64,000 nucleotides of DNA from Eubacteriales bacterium (GTDB taxonomy: Bacteria > Bacillota > Clostridia > Oscillospirales > JAAYXM01), in contig JAZQDV010000013.1 in the NCBI GenBank assembly GCA_045546975.1, positions 58,013 through 122,012 of the forward strand, written 5' to 3'. Shown here piece by piece: positions 18,783-28,611 of this stretch. Within the stretch, counting starts at the first letter, position 1. Each line of letters opens with the position of its first letter. The position numbers were made by a program, and so were the translations under genes. The notes beneath the pieces are model-generated. The model was not told the DNA's origin and searched no databases. It worked only from the letters and a program-made list of their open reading frames with translations.

Positions 18783-21700
18783 TTAGTTGTACTTTATGCT
18801 GTCTGAGAAGGAGAAGATTCGGATAACCTGACCTTCTTCCATCTGGATGATTGCGTTACCGGAGTTTTTCTCAACTTCTGTCTCTTCGGAAGAGATAGTG
18901 TAGAGATATTCATCTGCTTCTGCACCTTCTGCAATTCCGATGATCTTGCAGCCGTCATCTTCATGGTAGTCTGCATTGAGAAGTGTGAGGTTTGCAATTG
19001 CCTCTGTTGCGTTTGCGCCTGTGTACGGCTCGTAGAAGGAGATGTTGTCTCCTCTTTCACGAACAATAGTTACGAGATAGAGGCCGTTGCCTGTGCTGAA
19101 GCTCTTCTTGACATCGTCGCGCTCAACACCTGTGTTATCAAGAACACAGATCTTGCCGTCTGCATCAAGCTTGTAGAGGATAAAGGAGCCCTTTTCAAAT
19201 CTTCCGCCTGTTCCGCTGAGCGAGCCGACACCGTCATTTGATGAAAGTACGCCTGTTGCGTTGAGGTTTGTTACGTTTTCAACAGTGTCTACTGTGCGGA
19301 GACCCTTTTCGTCAGCTATTGTAAATGTTGCATAGTATCCGCCTGTCTTTGCATTGTACTTCTGTGTTGCAGACAATACGTATGCGATATTCTTTGTCTC
19401 CTGGAACCCCGGGTTTCCGAGCTTTTCACCGACTGTGAATGCTGCTGCAACAACAGTCTTGTTTATGTCGCTTCTGTTGAACTTGACGGAGATAACTTCC
19501 TCTTCAGCGATTCCGCCGAAGCTTGTTGTACCTGCAACGTAGAGATTTTCGATGTATGAGGAGATTGTCTCCTTGAATGCGCTAATCTTATATGCTCTTG
19601 CTGTAATCGGTGCATAGTCCTTATGGAGAGTGTCGTTTTCAGCCGTTACCGGATCGAACTTCGGTGCACCGTAGATAAGGAACACAACCGTATCATTGCT
19701 GTACGGGCGGTATGTTGCCTTTGTATAACGTGAATCAATCTCATAGCCTGTTGAACGGTCGAAGTACTTTTCTTCAAGCTCGAGCTTTGAGTCAAAGATT
19801 GTTGCGTTAACCTTCTTCTGGTCATTTGTTACCTTTGTATAAACGCCGTTTGCGTTGTAAGCACCGTCAACGGTAAGTCCGTTGTAGTAGTAGCTTGTGC
19901 CGTCCTTATTGCTCTTGAGGAACTGGCTTGAAAGGTCAAGTGTTCCGTCCGGAAGGAGCTTGTACTCAATGATGCGACCAAAGTAGTTGTTCTTGTCGAA
20001 GTCACGTGCGCGGTCGTTGCGTGTTGAGTTTTCATCCTGGTAGTCTGCAGTGTAGAGCTTACCAACCTTATATGTAGCAGTTGTATTGTCTGCTGTAGTA
20101 AGTGTTACGTAAGCTGCGCTTTCCTTACCCTCGAAGTAAGAGTCGATTATGACACCGAAGTTTGTTGCGAGGTTTGCCTCTTCGTCTATTTCGATTTCAA
20201 GGATGAGGTTGTTGTATACATAGAACTTCGTTGAAGCATTAAGTGCCTGTCTGTTGTCCTCGAAGAACTTGCTAAGAGTTGCAGCGCCGTCAAGGTCGCA
20301 GTTCTTCTCTGCAAAGTACTTCTCGCCGCCGACTGTGACGGAGCCGTCAAGACCGAACTCTGATACAGCGCCTGTGATAACGTCAACCTTGTCAACGTAT
20401 ACCTTTCCGTTTTCGCGGAATGCAACTACGAGGTCATCAACTGCAACCTCATCTCTGAGGACAACATCCTCAAGGTCAAGAGTCGGGATGTTTGTTATCT
20501 TCATCGTGCCACGAGCTTCGCTGTATGCCGTAACTGCGCCGTACTTGATAGTTGACGGAGCATCATTTATCTTGAACATATAGGAGAAAGTGTCGCCGCC
20601 GTCAGCGGAAACAAAGCGGTAGTATGTGTTTGTTCCCTTTGCTTTGTCGTCAAGACCGATGTCTGCAAGGAATGCAGCACCGTTTCTTGTATATACGCCG
20701 TCACTTGTCATGGATGCGCCTGTGAGAACGTATGCAAAATAGTCAAAGTTTGCAATGATCTCAGCCTTTGCTGCCGAGTTTGTCTGAGCGTCAACATCCT
20801 TTGCTACCTTGTTTACTGTCTTTGAGGATGTGAGAATTTTCTTCTCTGCACCGTCAACCTTAAGTGAGAGGTACGGCTGAATCTTTGCTGTTGAAGAAGA
20901 CTCGCCGTTCGGGTAAATCTCAACATCTGAAGCCGGAACAATGTATGAAACCGAATCAGTAGAAACAACTACATCACCAAGAACCTTGATGTTAGTGTAG
21001 TCGATACGGCCGCTTGTTGAAGATTCCTTCTTGTCAGCCTTGAAGAATACATTTACATGGTTGCCGAGAAGTTCGTCTGTAACTGCGCGGTCGATTACCA
21101 TTGTTGAGAGGTAGGATGTACCGTCTGATGTAACAGTCTCATAGAGGATAACTGACTCTTCGCTGTCAACACCTCTCGGTGCGATAGCTGTTCCGACATA
21201 GTCGCCGGAGTTTGCAGCAAGAGCAATGCTTGCTACATTATTGAGAGTGTGTCCCTCTTCGTCTGTATCAATAGCATAGCGCTCGTTTGCGACAACGATA
21301 CCGGAAACTGTTCTGAGACCCATTGTCTTCTGACCGAGAGTTTCATTCCAGTTCTGGCCGAGAGCATCCTTCTGTGAGCCGATGCCCGAAACTGCGCTGT
21401 ATGTATATATGGAAGAAAGAATTGTGTTTGACATAAGCTTTGCTACGAGCTCACGGGTAGCGAGAGCTGCGGGGTCACCCTGCCAGCCGTCGTATACGCC
21501 AAGCTCCATAGCCTTAGCTACTACGTTTGACATCCAGTTTGCGCCGGTAAAGCCTTCCTTTGCCGGGTCGCAGCCGAGGATGACGAGGAGCATCTTGGAA
21601 GCTTCAGCAACAGTGATGTTGCCACTCGGATTGAATTTTCCGCCGCCAACACCGGAAACAATCTTGTTGCTTGCGCAGTAGTTGATGTAACCCTTAGCCC

Positions 21701-22013
21701 ATGCAACGCTTGCGTTGCCTTCTACGTCCCAAAAACTACTCTTCTGAGCTGCAAAGAGGTCACCGTCAGTATCGGAGCCGTAGATGATTGTGTATGCCAT
21801 CTTGGCAAACTCAGCACGGGTAATATTCTTCTTCGGGCCGAATGAACCGTCCGGGTAACCCGAAATAACGCCGAGCTCTACGAGCATATTAACGTCGTCC
21901 GTATAATCCTTTGCAATAGTACTTGCGTCTGTAAAGTTGACTGCTCCTGCCGTAAATGTAAATGCCATTGCAAATACAAGGGCCAGAGCAACAATACTCT
22001 TGATCTTTCTCAT
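18783..22013 (-). CDS. SLH-domain cell-surface (S-layer type) protein, paralogue 2
   Basis: 1076 aa. The first ~255 aa are close to 90% identical by eye to paralogue 1. The remainder is a mosaic of conserved and divergent blocks. Confidence 0.8.
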   Translation of the reverse strand: MRKIKSIVALALVFAMAFTFTAGAVNFTDASTIAKDYTDDVNMLVELGVISGYPDGSFGPKKNITRAEFAKMAYTIIYGSDTDGDLFAAQKSSFWDVEGNASVAWAKGYINYCASNKIVSGVGGGKFNPSGNITVAEASKMLLVILGCDPAKEGFTGANWMSNVVAKAMELGVYDGWQGDPAALATRELVAKLMSNTILSSIYTYSAVSGIGSQKDALGQNWNETLGQKTMGLRTVSGIVVANERYAIDTDEEGHTLNNVASIALAANSGDYVGTAIAPRGVDSEESVILYETVTSDGTSYLSTMVIDRAVTDELLGNHVNVFFKADKKESSTSGRIDYTNIKVLGDVVVSTDSVSYIVPASDVEIYPNGESSSTAKIQPYLSLKVDGAEKKILTSSKTVNKVAKDVDAQTNSAAKAEIIANFDYFAYVLTGASMTSDGVYTRNGAAFLADIGLDDKAKGTNTYYRFVSADGGDTFSYMFKINDAPSTIKYGAVTAYSEARGTMKITNIPTLDLEDVVLRDEVAVDDLVVAFRENGKVYVDKVDVITGAVSEFGLDGSVTVGGEKYFAEKNCDLDGAATLSKFFEDNRQALNASTKFYVYNNLILEIEIDEEANLATNFGVIIDSYFEGKESAAYVTLTTADNTTATYKVGKLYTADYQDENSTRNDRARDFDKNNYFGRIIEYKLLPDGTLDLSSQFLKSNKDGTSYYYNGLTVDGAYNANGVYTKVTNDQKKVNATIFDSKLELEEKYFDRSTGYEIDSRYTKATYRPYSNDTVVFLIYGAPKFDPVTAENDTLHKDYAPITARAYKISAFKETISSYIENLYVAGTTSFGGIAEEEVISVKFNRSDINKTVVAAAFTVGEKLGNPGFQETKNIAYVLSATQKYNAKTGGYYATFTIADEKGLRTVDTVENVTNLNATGVLSSNDGVGSLSGTGGRFEKGSFILYKLDADGKICVLDNTGVERDDVKKSFSTGNGLYLVTIVRERGDNISFYEPYTGANATEAIANLTLLNADYHEDDGCKIIGIAEGAEADEYLYTISSEETEVEKNSGNAIIQMEEGQVIRIFSFSDSIKYN

Positions 22014-22241
22014 ATGGCCTACCTCCTGAAGTGGCTTTTAGCCTATTCTACTTTAATTTATATAATATATTAACCCCCAAAAAAGGTCAAGCGTTTTTTT
22101 CTACTGTAATATTTTTGTAATACTTCCAGTTTTTTTATTCTTACATATACAAATATTATATATGTATTCCCTCTTGTTTTTTTGAAATTTGCGTGTTATA
22201 CTTAATATAATCTTAATTTCTTTTTAAGGAGGAAATAAAAA

Positions 22242-23792
22242 ATGAGCAAAAGAATTCTTGCTTTAGCTCTCGCTGCTATTATCGCAATCTCTCTTGTAGC
22301 TTGCACAGGCGGCGGAAATGTAGTAAACGAGGAAGCAACAAAAGACCCGCTTACTAAGGACGATGTTGTCCAGGTTTACATCACCTCATCCGGCTCATGG
22401 CCGTACAAGGAAGATTGGAAAGTCTGGGAGTACATCAGCGAAGGCTTTGGCGGCACACTTGACCTCACAGTCATCCCGCAGGCTGAGCAGAGCACAAAGT
22501 GGCCTATCCTCTTCGCTTCTCCGGACCTTCTTCCGGACATCATGACAGACTCACGTACAGCATGCCCGTACCGCGGTGCTGACAAGGTAGCTATCGACAT
22601 CAACACTCTCGTTGACGACTATATGCCCAACTACAAGGCATGGCGCGACGGTCTTGATGAAGATGATTATGCTCTCTACATTCTCCCGAACGTAGATACA
22701 GAGGGCAAGATGTTCTCCGCTCCGACTTCAGGCTTTGAGTCAAACGGCGGTCAGCATGCATGGATCTACCGCAAGGACATTTTTGAAAAGCACAACCTCA
22801 AGGTTCCGACAAACGTAGATGAGCTCTACGAGGTTTGCGTAGAACTCAAGAAGCTCTACCCGAACTCCTACCCGCTCTGCATGAGAGACCTCGTTGGAAA
22901 AATGAGCATTATGGGTCCTGCATTTGGCGGCTACTGGGAGCCCGAGTACTACTATGATTACGATACAGAGACATGGAAGCACGGTGCTACTGAAGACACA
23001 ATGCTCGAAGCTATCAAGTTCTTCAAGAAGTTCATCGACGAAGGCCTTGTGCCCCCGAACGCTGTTAACATCGCAGTAAGTGAGTGGGAAGAGCTCGTTA
23101 TGTCAGACCGTGGCTTCATCGTATTCGACTTCATGACACGTATCGACAACTTCAACTCAAAAATGTCAGGCTCCGGCTCAAGCTTCACAATGTCTGCATT
23201 TGAGCCGTTCGCTCTCATTGATGGCGGTCTCGCAAGAACAGCTAACACAGCTGTTGCTTCAGAGACAATGTTCGTATGTAACTCACGTAACGACCGCAGA
23301 ATCGCAAACGCTGCAAAGTACCTCGACTGGTTCTACACTGACGAAGCTTGCGAGCTCCTCTCATGGGGTAAGGAAGGCGAGACATACAATGTTGTAGACG
23401 GCAAGAAAGTATTCATCACAGATGCTGAGAACAACATTCCGAAGGTTCTCTTTGGATTCCAGACATCCGGTGTAGGTCTCCGCAAGGATTCTGCTTCCCA
23501 TGACGCAACAGATACTGCAGAGCTTGCAGCAGTTAAGCCGATGATTCTCTCAACAACAATGCCGAAGCTCAACCCGAAGAACTACATGGCTCTTGCTGCT
23601 GACGATATGAAGAACGTTATCGACTCAAACGTTGCTATCAACAACTACAAGAACGAAATGCTCGGTAAGTTCCTCCTCGGTCAGGAGTCACTTGACAACT
23701 TCGCTGCTTTCAAGCAGAGCCTCGAAGCACTTGGTGTAAACGATGTTCTCGCAGTTTATGACGCAGCATACGAGAAGATTTCCAATCAGTAA
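22242..23792 (+). CDS. Extracellular solute-binding lipoprotein (carbohydrate ABC type), orphan
   Basis: 516 aa with lipobox SLVAC. Size and composition fit large family-1 sugar-binding proteins. There are no adjacent permease genes. Confidence 0.65.
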   Translation: MSKRILALALAAIIAISLVACTGGGNVVNEEATKDPLTKDDVVQVYITSSGSWPYKEDWKVWEYISEGFGGTLDLTVIPQAEQSTKWPILFASPDLLPDIMTDSRTACPYRGADKVAIDINTLVDDYMPNYKAWRDGLDEDDYALYILPNVDTEGKMFSAPTSGFESNGGQHAWIYRKDIFEKHNLKVPTNVDELYEVCVELKKLYPNSYPLCMRDLVGKMSIMGPAFGGYWEPEYYYDYDTETWKHGATEDTMLEAIKFFKKFIDEGLVPPNAVNIAVSEWEELVMSDRGFIVFDFMTRIDNFNSKMSGSGSSFTMSAFEPFALIDGGLARTANTAVASETMFVCNSRNDRRIANAAKYLDWFYTDEACELLSWGKEGETYNVVDGKKVFITDAENNIPKVLFGFQTSGVGLRKDSASHDATDTAELAAVKPMILSTTMPKLNPKNYMALAADDMKNVIDSNVAINNYKNEMLGKFLLGQESLDNFAAFKQSLEALGVNDVLAVYDAAYEKISNQ

Positions 23793-23805
23793 AAAATAAT
23801 TTTTC

Positions 23806-23836
23806 GAACGGTGGGTTTCCCACCGTTCTTTTTTTT
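23806..23836 (+). terminator. Rho-independent terminator
   Basis: Stem gaacggtggg/cccaccgttc is followed by T8. Confidence 0.8.
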
Positions 23837-23950
23837 GCTAAAAAGCGCGGATGATAAGCACCGCAAGAATGGTTATAAGACAAAGTATCGCTCCGTCGAG
23901 TACACGGAGCGATATTTTTATGTCTTTATACGGATTTCGTTTCATACTTT

Positions 23951-25027
23951 CTACTTCCTTACAAGATATTTTCGCATATCTATTGCACACGCAATAAGAA
24001 TGATGAGACCTTTTATGATATACTGCATATTCTGGTTGACGGAAAGAAACGTCAGCCCGACAAAAATTATTCTGAGAAGCACAACGCCCATTATGACTCC
24101 GCGAATCTTCCCTATTCCGCCGACGAACGAAACTCCTCCAATTACGCACGCGGCAATGGCGTCAAGCTCATAGTTGAGCCCCGTCGCCGCACTGTTTGAC
24201 CCGATTCGCGCACCCTCGATAAACCCTGTCACACCGTAAAGAATACCCGCTATCGTAAAAACGAGGATTATTGTTCTTGAAACATTGACACCCGAGACGT
24301 GCGCCGCCTCTGCATTTGAGCCTACGGCAAACATATTCTTTCCAAAAACCGTTTTGTTCCACACCACCCACATTATCACGGTTATTACAAGTGAGTACCA
24401 CACAAAGTTCGGTATCGCACTGCCACCGATTTTTATAATGCTTCCGTTTATGAAGCTTGTGTAGCTCTCGGAAAGACCCGATATCGCCTGACCGTTGTTT
24501 GTGCCGAGCGTGAGATACATAAGAAGTGCGCCGTAGACGATAAGCTGTGTTGCAAGGGTCACAATAAACGGGTGCAGGTTAAACTTTGCCGTGCAAAATC
24601 CGTTTACCGCGCCGATAATTCCGCCAATCGCGCACACGATAAGGATTACCGCGAAAACAGGAAGCGTCGGAAGTGCCGGGAACATCTTCCCTGCATATCC
24701 CGTCGCCTGCAGAAGGGATGCGGCAACGCACGCGCACGCACCTACCGCGCGACCTGCAGAAAGGTCGGTGCCGGTGAGGATTATTGCCCCTGCGATTCCG
24801 AGTGCTATCGGCATATTTGCCGCAGAAAGCGAAATTATATTCACTATCGACCCGACGGAGAGAAACCTTGGTCTCGATATCGCAATCGCGATTATTACTA
24901 TAACAAGGAATATATACAACGCGTTGTTTATAAGAAATTCGCGCCGTTTCCGTCTTTTATCTGCCACAGGAAGCATTCTGTATTCGTCAAACCCGCGGCG
25001 AAATTTTGTATTTTTCTTACTATCCAT
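23951..25027 (-). CDS. Sugar ABC transporter permease (MglC-like)
   Basis: The start is set at ATG 25027, preceded by GAGGG. The protein is polytopic and lies downstream of a double-domain ATPase. An alternative ATGA-overlap start exists at 25039. Confidence 0.75.
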   Translation of the reverse strand: MDSKKNTKFRRGFDEYRMLPVADKRRKRREFLINNALYIFLVIVIIAIAISRPRFLSVGSIVNIISLSAANMPIALGIAGAIILTGTDLSAGRAVGACACVAASLLQATGYAGKMFPALPTLPVFAVILIVCAIGGIIGAVNGFCTAKFNLHPFIVTLATQLIVYGALLMYLTLGTNNGQAISGLSESYTSFINGSIIKIGGSAIPNFVWYSLVITVIMWVVWNKTVFGKNMFAVGSNAEAAHVSGVNVSRTIILVFTIAGILYGVTGFIEGARIGSNSAATGLNYELDAIAACVIGGVSFVGGIGKIRGVIMGVVLLRIIFVGLTFLSVNQNMQYIIKGLIILIACAIDMRKYLVRK

Positions 25028-25035
25028 CTTTTCCC

Positions 25036-26529
25036 TCATACATATTTTGATGCAAGTGTCATTATTTCCTCCTGCGTTGTGTCCTCTGCCCTGACCTCGC
25101 CTGCAAGACGACCGCCCGACATAACAAGAATCCTGTCGCACACACCGAGAAGCTCAGGCATCTCACTTGATACCATAATTATCCCGCGCCCCTCGGCCGC
25201 AAGTGAACCTATAACGCTGTAAATCTCATACTTTGCTCCGACGTCTATTCCGCGCGTCGGCTCATCAAGGAGAAAAACCTCGGGTTTTGTGAGAAGCCAC
25301 CGCCCGAAGATTACCTTTTGCTGATTTCCGCCCGAAAGCGTTCGGATTTTAGTCTCCTGCGACGGCGTTTTTACTGAAAGCGAACTGATTATGTCGTCTG
25401 TTACACGAGAAAGCTTTGCTTTGTCCAGCAAAAAGGCACGAACATATTTTTTTAGGCTTGATACCGTTGTGTTTTCACGGATATTGAGTATTCCGAAAAT
25501 GCCGTTCGCCCTTCTCTCCTCGGTAACAAAGGCAAAGCCTTTTGAAATACTTTCCCTTGCGTTTTTGTTCCTTATCTCTCGACCGTGAAGGAAAAGCCGT
25601 CCTCCGCTTCTTGCCGAAAGACCGAAGATGTTCTCCAAAAGCTCTGTCCTTCCTGAGCCGTCAAGCCCCGCAACGCCGAGTACCTCGCCCTTTGCAAGAG
25701 AAAAGCTCACGTCACGCAGGTTTGAATACAATGACGATAATCCCTCCGCCCGAAAAAGCTCTTCTCCTGTTTTTCTTTCCCTTTCGGGATAGCGGTTTCC
25801 AAGCTCTCTTCCTACCATGAGCTTTATTATTTTCTCCATGCTCATTTCAGAAACCGGCGCGGTTTTTATATGCTTTCCGTCACGCATTACTGTTATATCG
25901 TCTGATATTTTTAAGATTTCTTCCATTTTGTGCGAAATATATATTATTCCTGCACCGTTTTTCTTTAACTTTTCAATTATCTCAAAGAGCTTTTCAACTT
26001 CCCTTTCGTTAAGCGAGGACGTCGGCTCGTCGAAAACTATTATGCGTGCGCCAAAGGACACCGCCTTTGCTATCTCTGCCATCTGTCTCTGTGCAGGAGG
26101 AAGTGTTCCGATTATCCGCGTGGGCGAAATTTTTATGCCGAGCTCCCCAAAAAGCTTTTCCGTTTCCCTCTCCATTTCCTTTTGCTTTACAAATGGTCCG
26201 CGGGAAGGATACCTGCCAAGCCAGATATTGTCTGCGACCGAGCGCTTGAGTGCCTGATTAAGCTCCTGATGTACCATCGAAACGCCCATTTCCTGAGCCT
26301 CTTTTGAGTTTTTGAAGTTGACGGGTTTGCCGTCGAGCAAAATCTCTCCCGAATCTCTCGAATATATCCCGAAAAGACACTTCATAAGCGTGCTTTTGCC
26401 TGCTCCGTTCTCGCCCATGAGTGCGTGTACCGTACCTGCGCGGACTTTTAAGCTGACATCGGAGAGTGCCTGCACACCTGGAAAGCTCTTTGAAATGCCG
26501 CGCAGCTCTAAAAGTGGAGTTTCTTCCAT
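25036..26529 (-). CDS. Sugar ABC transporter ATP-binding protein, duplicated ABC domains (MglA-like)
   Basis: 497 aa with Walker A GENGAGKST, the signature LSGGNQQK, and a second ABC half. Confidence 0.85.
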   Translation of the reverse strand: MEETPLLELRGISKSFPGVQALSDVSLKVRAGTVHALMGENGAGKSTLMKCLFGIYSRDSGEILLDGKPVNFKNSKEAQEMGVSMVHQELNQALKRSVADNIWLGRYPSRGPFVKQKEMERETEKLFGELGIKISPTRIIGTLPPAQRQMAEIAKAVSFGARIIVFDEPTSSLNEREVEKLFEIIEKLKKNGAGIIYISHKMEEILKISDDITVMRDGKHIKTAPVSEMSMEKIIKLMVGRELGNRYPERERKTGEELFRAEGLSSLYSNLRDVSFSLAKGEVLGVAGLDGSGRTELLENIFGLSARSGGRLFLHGREIRNKNARESISKGFAFVTEERRANGIFGILNIRENTTVSSLKKYVRAFLLDKAKLSRVTDDIISSLSVKTPSQETKIRTLSGGNQQKVIFGRWLLTKPEVFLLDEPTRGIDVGAKYEIYSVIGSLAAEGRGIIMVSSEMPELLGVCDRILVMSGGRLAGEVRAEDTTQEEIMTLASKYV

Positions 26530-26532
26530 GGT

Positions 26533-27597
26533 TTATTCTCCTGTCAGAATACCGTATGGGATTCTTATTTTTGCCACGTTTTTATCGACGTTCATATTCT
26601 CTGTTCCGTCCATTATTTCTCTCCCTTCAAAAATGTTCTTTGCGAGGTGAGAGATCCCCTTTGCCATTCCGTCATTATCCTGGCGGATTGTCCCCGTCAT
26701 TTTGCCGGCGGCGATAAGCCCGCGCGCTGACTCCGTTGCATCGACTCCGAAAACAGGAATTGTTTTTCCCTTGCCGTCGTTATACCCTGCGGTCGTGAGT
26801 GCGGTTATCGCACCCTCTGCCATTCCGTCGTTGTTCGCGATTACAACCTCGACCATATTTTTTCCGCTTTCGTTATACTCCGTAAGAATCGTTGTCATAT
26901 ACTCGTTTGCAGCGGAAGCTGACCAGGTTCCGTTCTTGTCCACAAGATATTTGTCGCGGTTCTGCGGGTTATAGAATACAAGCTCGCTCTTCCCTGCCTC
27001 TTTGAGAATCGCGTTTGCATCCTCAACGGCATACTTTGTGCGAAGCTCTGCCTCGGCATTTCCGTTCTCTCCCTTGAATATTACATACGAAAGCTTCCCG
27101 TCGCCGTTTAAGTCGACACTTTCGTAATTCTTTGCAAGGTAGTTCCCTATCATTTCACCCTGCATCATACCTGCCTCTGCAGCATTTGTTCCCACAAAGG
27201 CGCACTTGTCATAGCTTCGTATCACTTCGTCTGAAACCTCGCGGTTAAAGAAAATGAGCGGAACGTCTGCGCTCTTTGCCTGCTCTACAATCTTACGCGC
27301 CGCATCGTCAGAGCCCGTTTCAACAATATTTACAACAAGAAGATCTGCTCCTTTGGTTATTGCGGTCTGCACCTGCTCTGCCTGCGTTGTCTGACTTGAG
27401 TTTGAGTCATAGTCCTGATACTCAACGCCGAGCAATGACAGTTCTTTATCAAGCGATGCGCGCACGGTTGAGATGTACGGGTCGCTGTACGTGTAATAGA
27501 AAACCGAAACATTTGGCTTTTTATCTCCCTCTTCTCCGCAAGAAGAAAGCGAAAAAACCGAAAGCAAACAAAGCATCAGAGTAAGTAATTTTTTCAT
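26533..27597 (-). CDS. Galactose/glucose-type periplasmic-binding-protein lipoprotein (MglB-like)
   Basis: ATG at 27597 follows AAGGAGAG. The lipobox is LSSC. The sequence is PBP type I-like (VQTAITKGADLLVVNIV...ANNDGMAEGAI). Confidence 0.75.
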   Translation of the reverse strand: MKKLLTLMLCLLSVFSLSSCGEEGDKKPNVSVFYYTYSDPYISTVRASLDKELSLLGVEYQDYDSNSSQTTQAEQVQTAITKGADLLVVNIVETGSDDAARKIVEQAKSADVPLIFFNREVSDEVIRSYDKCAFVGTNAAEAGMMQGEMIGNYLAKNYESVDLNGDGKLSYVIFKGENGNAEAELRTKYAVEDANAILKEAGKSELVFYNPQNRDKYLVDKNGTWSASAANEYMTTILTEYNESGKNMVEVVIANNDGMAEGAITALTTAGYNDGKGKTIPVFGVDATESARGLIAAGKMTGTIRQDNDGMAKGISHLAKNIFEGREIMDGTENMNVDKNVAKIRIPYGILTGE

Positions 27598-27784
27598 TTT
27601 TTTCTCTCCTTTTCTCTTTGCTCTCATTATACCCAGTAAAAATTTTTGAATACGCATTTTATTTCCTTTGGCAAAAAAGAACGCAACTTCAAAACAATTT
27701 GTAATATTCACTTTGTATAATACATATTGTTTTCACATTTTTTCTTTTTTTGCGGTTATACTGTGTTTGAAAGGAGTTTTTGAT

Positions 27785-28279
27785 ATGAAAAAATTTATTC
27801 TTCCGTTTCTTCTATTTGCGCTGCTTTTTTCCTCGTGCGGCGAGAAGGCTTCGGAAAATTCAGGCGACGCACAGATGAATGCGCCGGATCAAAATGTTCA
27901 GAGAGTCTCAAGCTATGACAGTGACGGAATAAGCTTTGACGTTCCCGAGATGTGGCAAAATAATTTCAAGGCGGTCACCCGAAATGTCGGCAGTACTGAC
28001 AACACCTATCCGCAAACGGAGTTTTACTACACCAAAAACGGCCGTGATGTCCGCCTTATGTCAATCGGAAAATTCACGCGCGACCAATGGGAGAAAATAA
28101 AGAAAGACGGGGCAGTCTCTGACGATGCAACAATCGGCGAGTCAGCTGACAAAAAACACGTCTACTCTATCTTCTATGAAGACCATGACTATATAAAGGA
28201 CGACGATGAGCTAAAAGAAACGCTTACAAAGCTCAAAGATGAAGCGACAAAAATCCGCGATAAGATAATGATTAAGTAG
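27785..28279 (+). CDS. Hypothetical lipoprotein
   Basis: ATG at 27785 follows AAAGGAG. The lipobox is LFSSC. I recognise no family. Confidence 0.55.
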   Translation: MKKFILPFLLFALLFSSCGEKASENSGDAQMNAPDQNVQRVSSYDSDGISFDVPEMWQNNFKAVTRNVGSTDNTYPQTEFYYTKNGRDVRLMSIGKFTRDQWEKIKKDGAVSDDATIGESADKKHVYSIFYEDHDYIKDDDELKETLTKLKDEATKIRDKIMIK

Positions 28280-28307
28280 AACTCACAAACAAAAAGGTAA
28301 AGCGTAC

Positions 28308-28530
28308 GAGGGGCCTGGGGGCGGTAGCCACCAGTCGTTTCAAGGGGTGCGGGGGAAATCGAAATCCCCCGCGTTTTTGCTACTTTTGTCTAACAAAAGT
28401 AGGCCCCCGGCAGGGAAGCCGTACAAGGCCTCAGCCTTTCTCTGCTCGGCAGCTCCCTTTGCACAGGGTAGCATTTTTACCCCTCATCCGTCAGCTTGTG
28501 CTGACACCTTCTCCCGAGATAGAAGGCTTT
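28308..28530. repeat. Interspersed structured intergenic repeat, copy B (module 1 inverted, module 2 direct)
   Basis: 28308-28415 is the reverse complement of 50654-50766. 28482-28529 matches 15239-15288 in direct orientation. Confidence 0.85.
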
Positions 28531-28535
28531 CATAC

Positions 28536-28566
28536 AGAAAAACACCGCCATACGGCGGTGTTTTTG
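28536..28566. terminator. Bidirectional terminator (serS and the lipoprotein gene converge here)
   Basis: Stem acaccgcc/ggcggtgt is flanked by A5 and T5. Confidence 0.75.
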
Positions 28567-28611
28567 AATACATAGTGTATATTTTATTTTATATATTGCT
28601 CTTTGTTGTCA

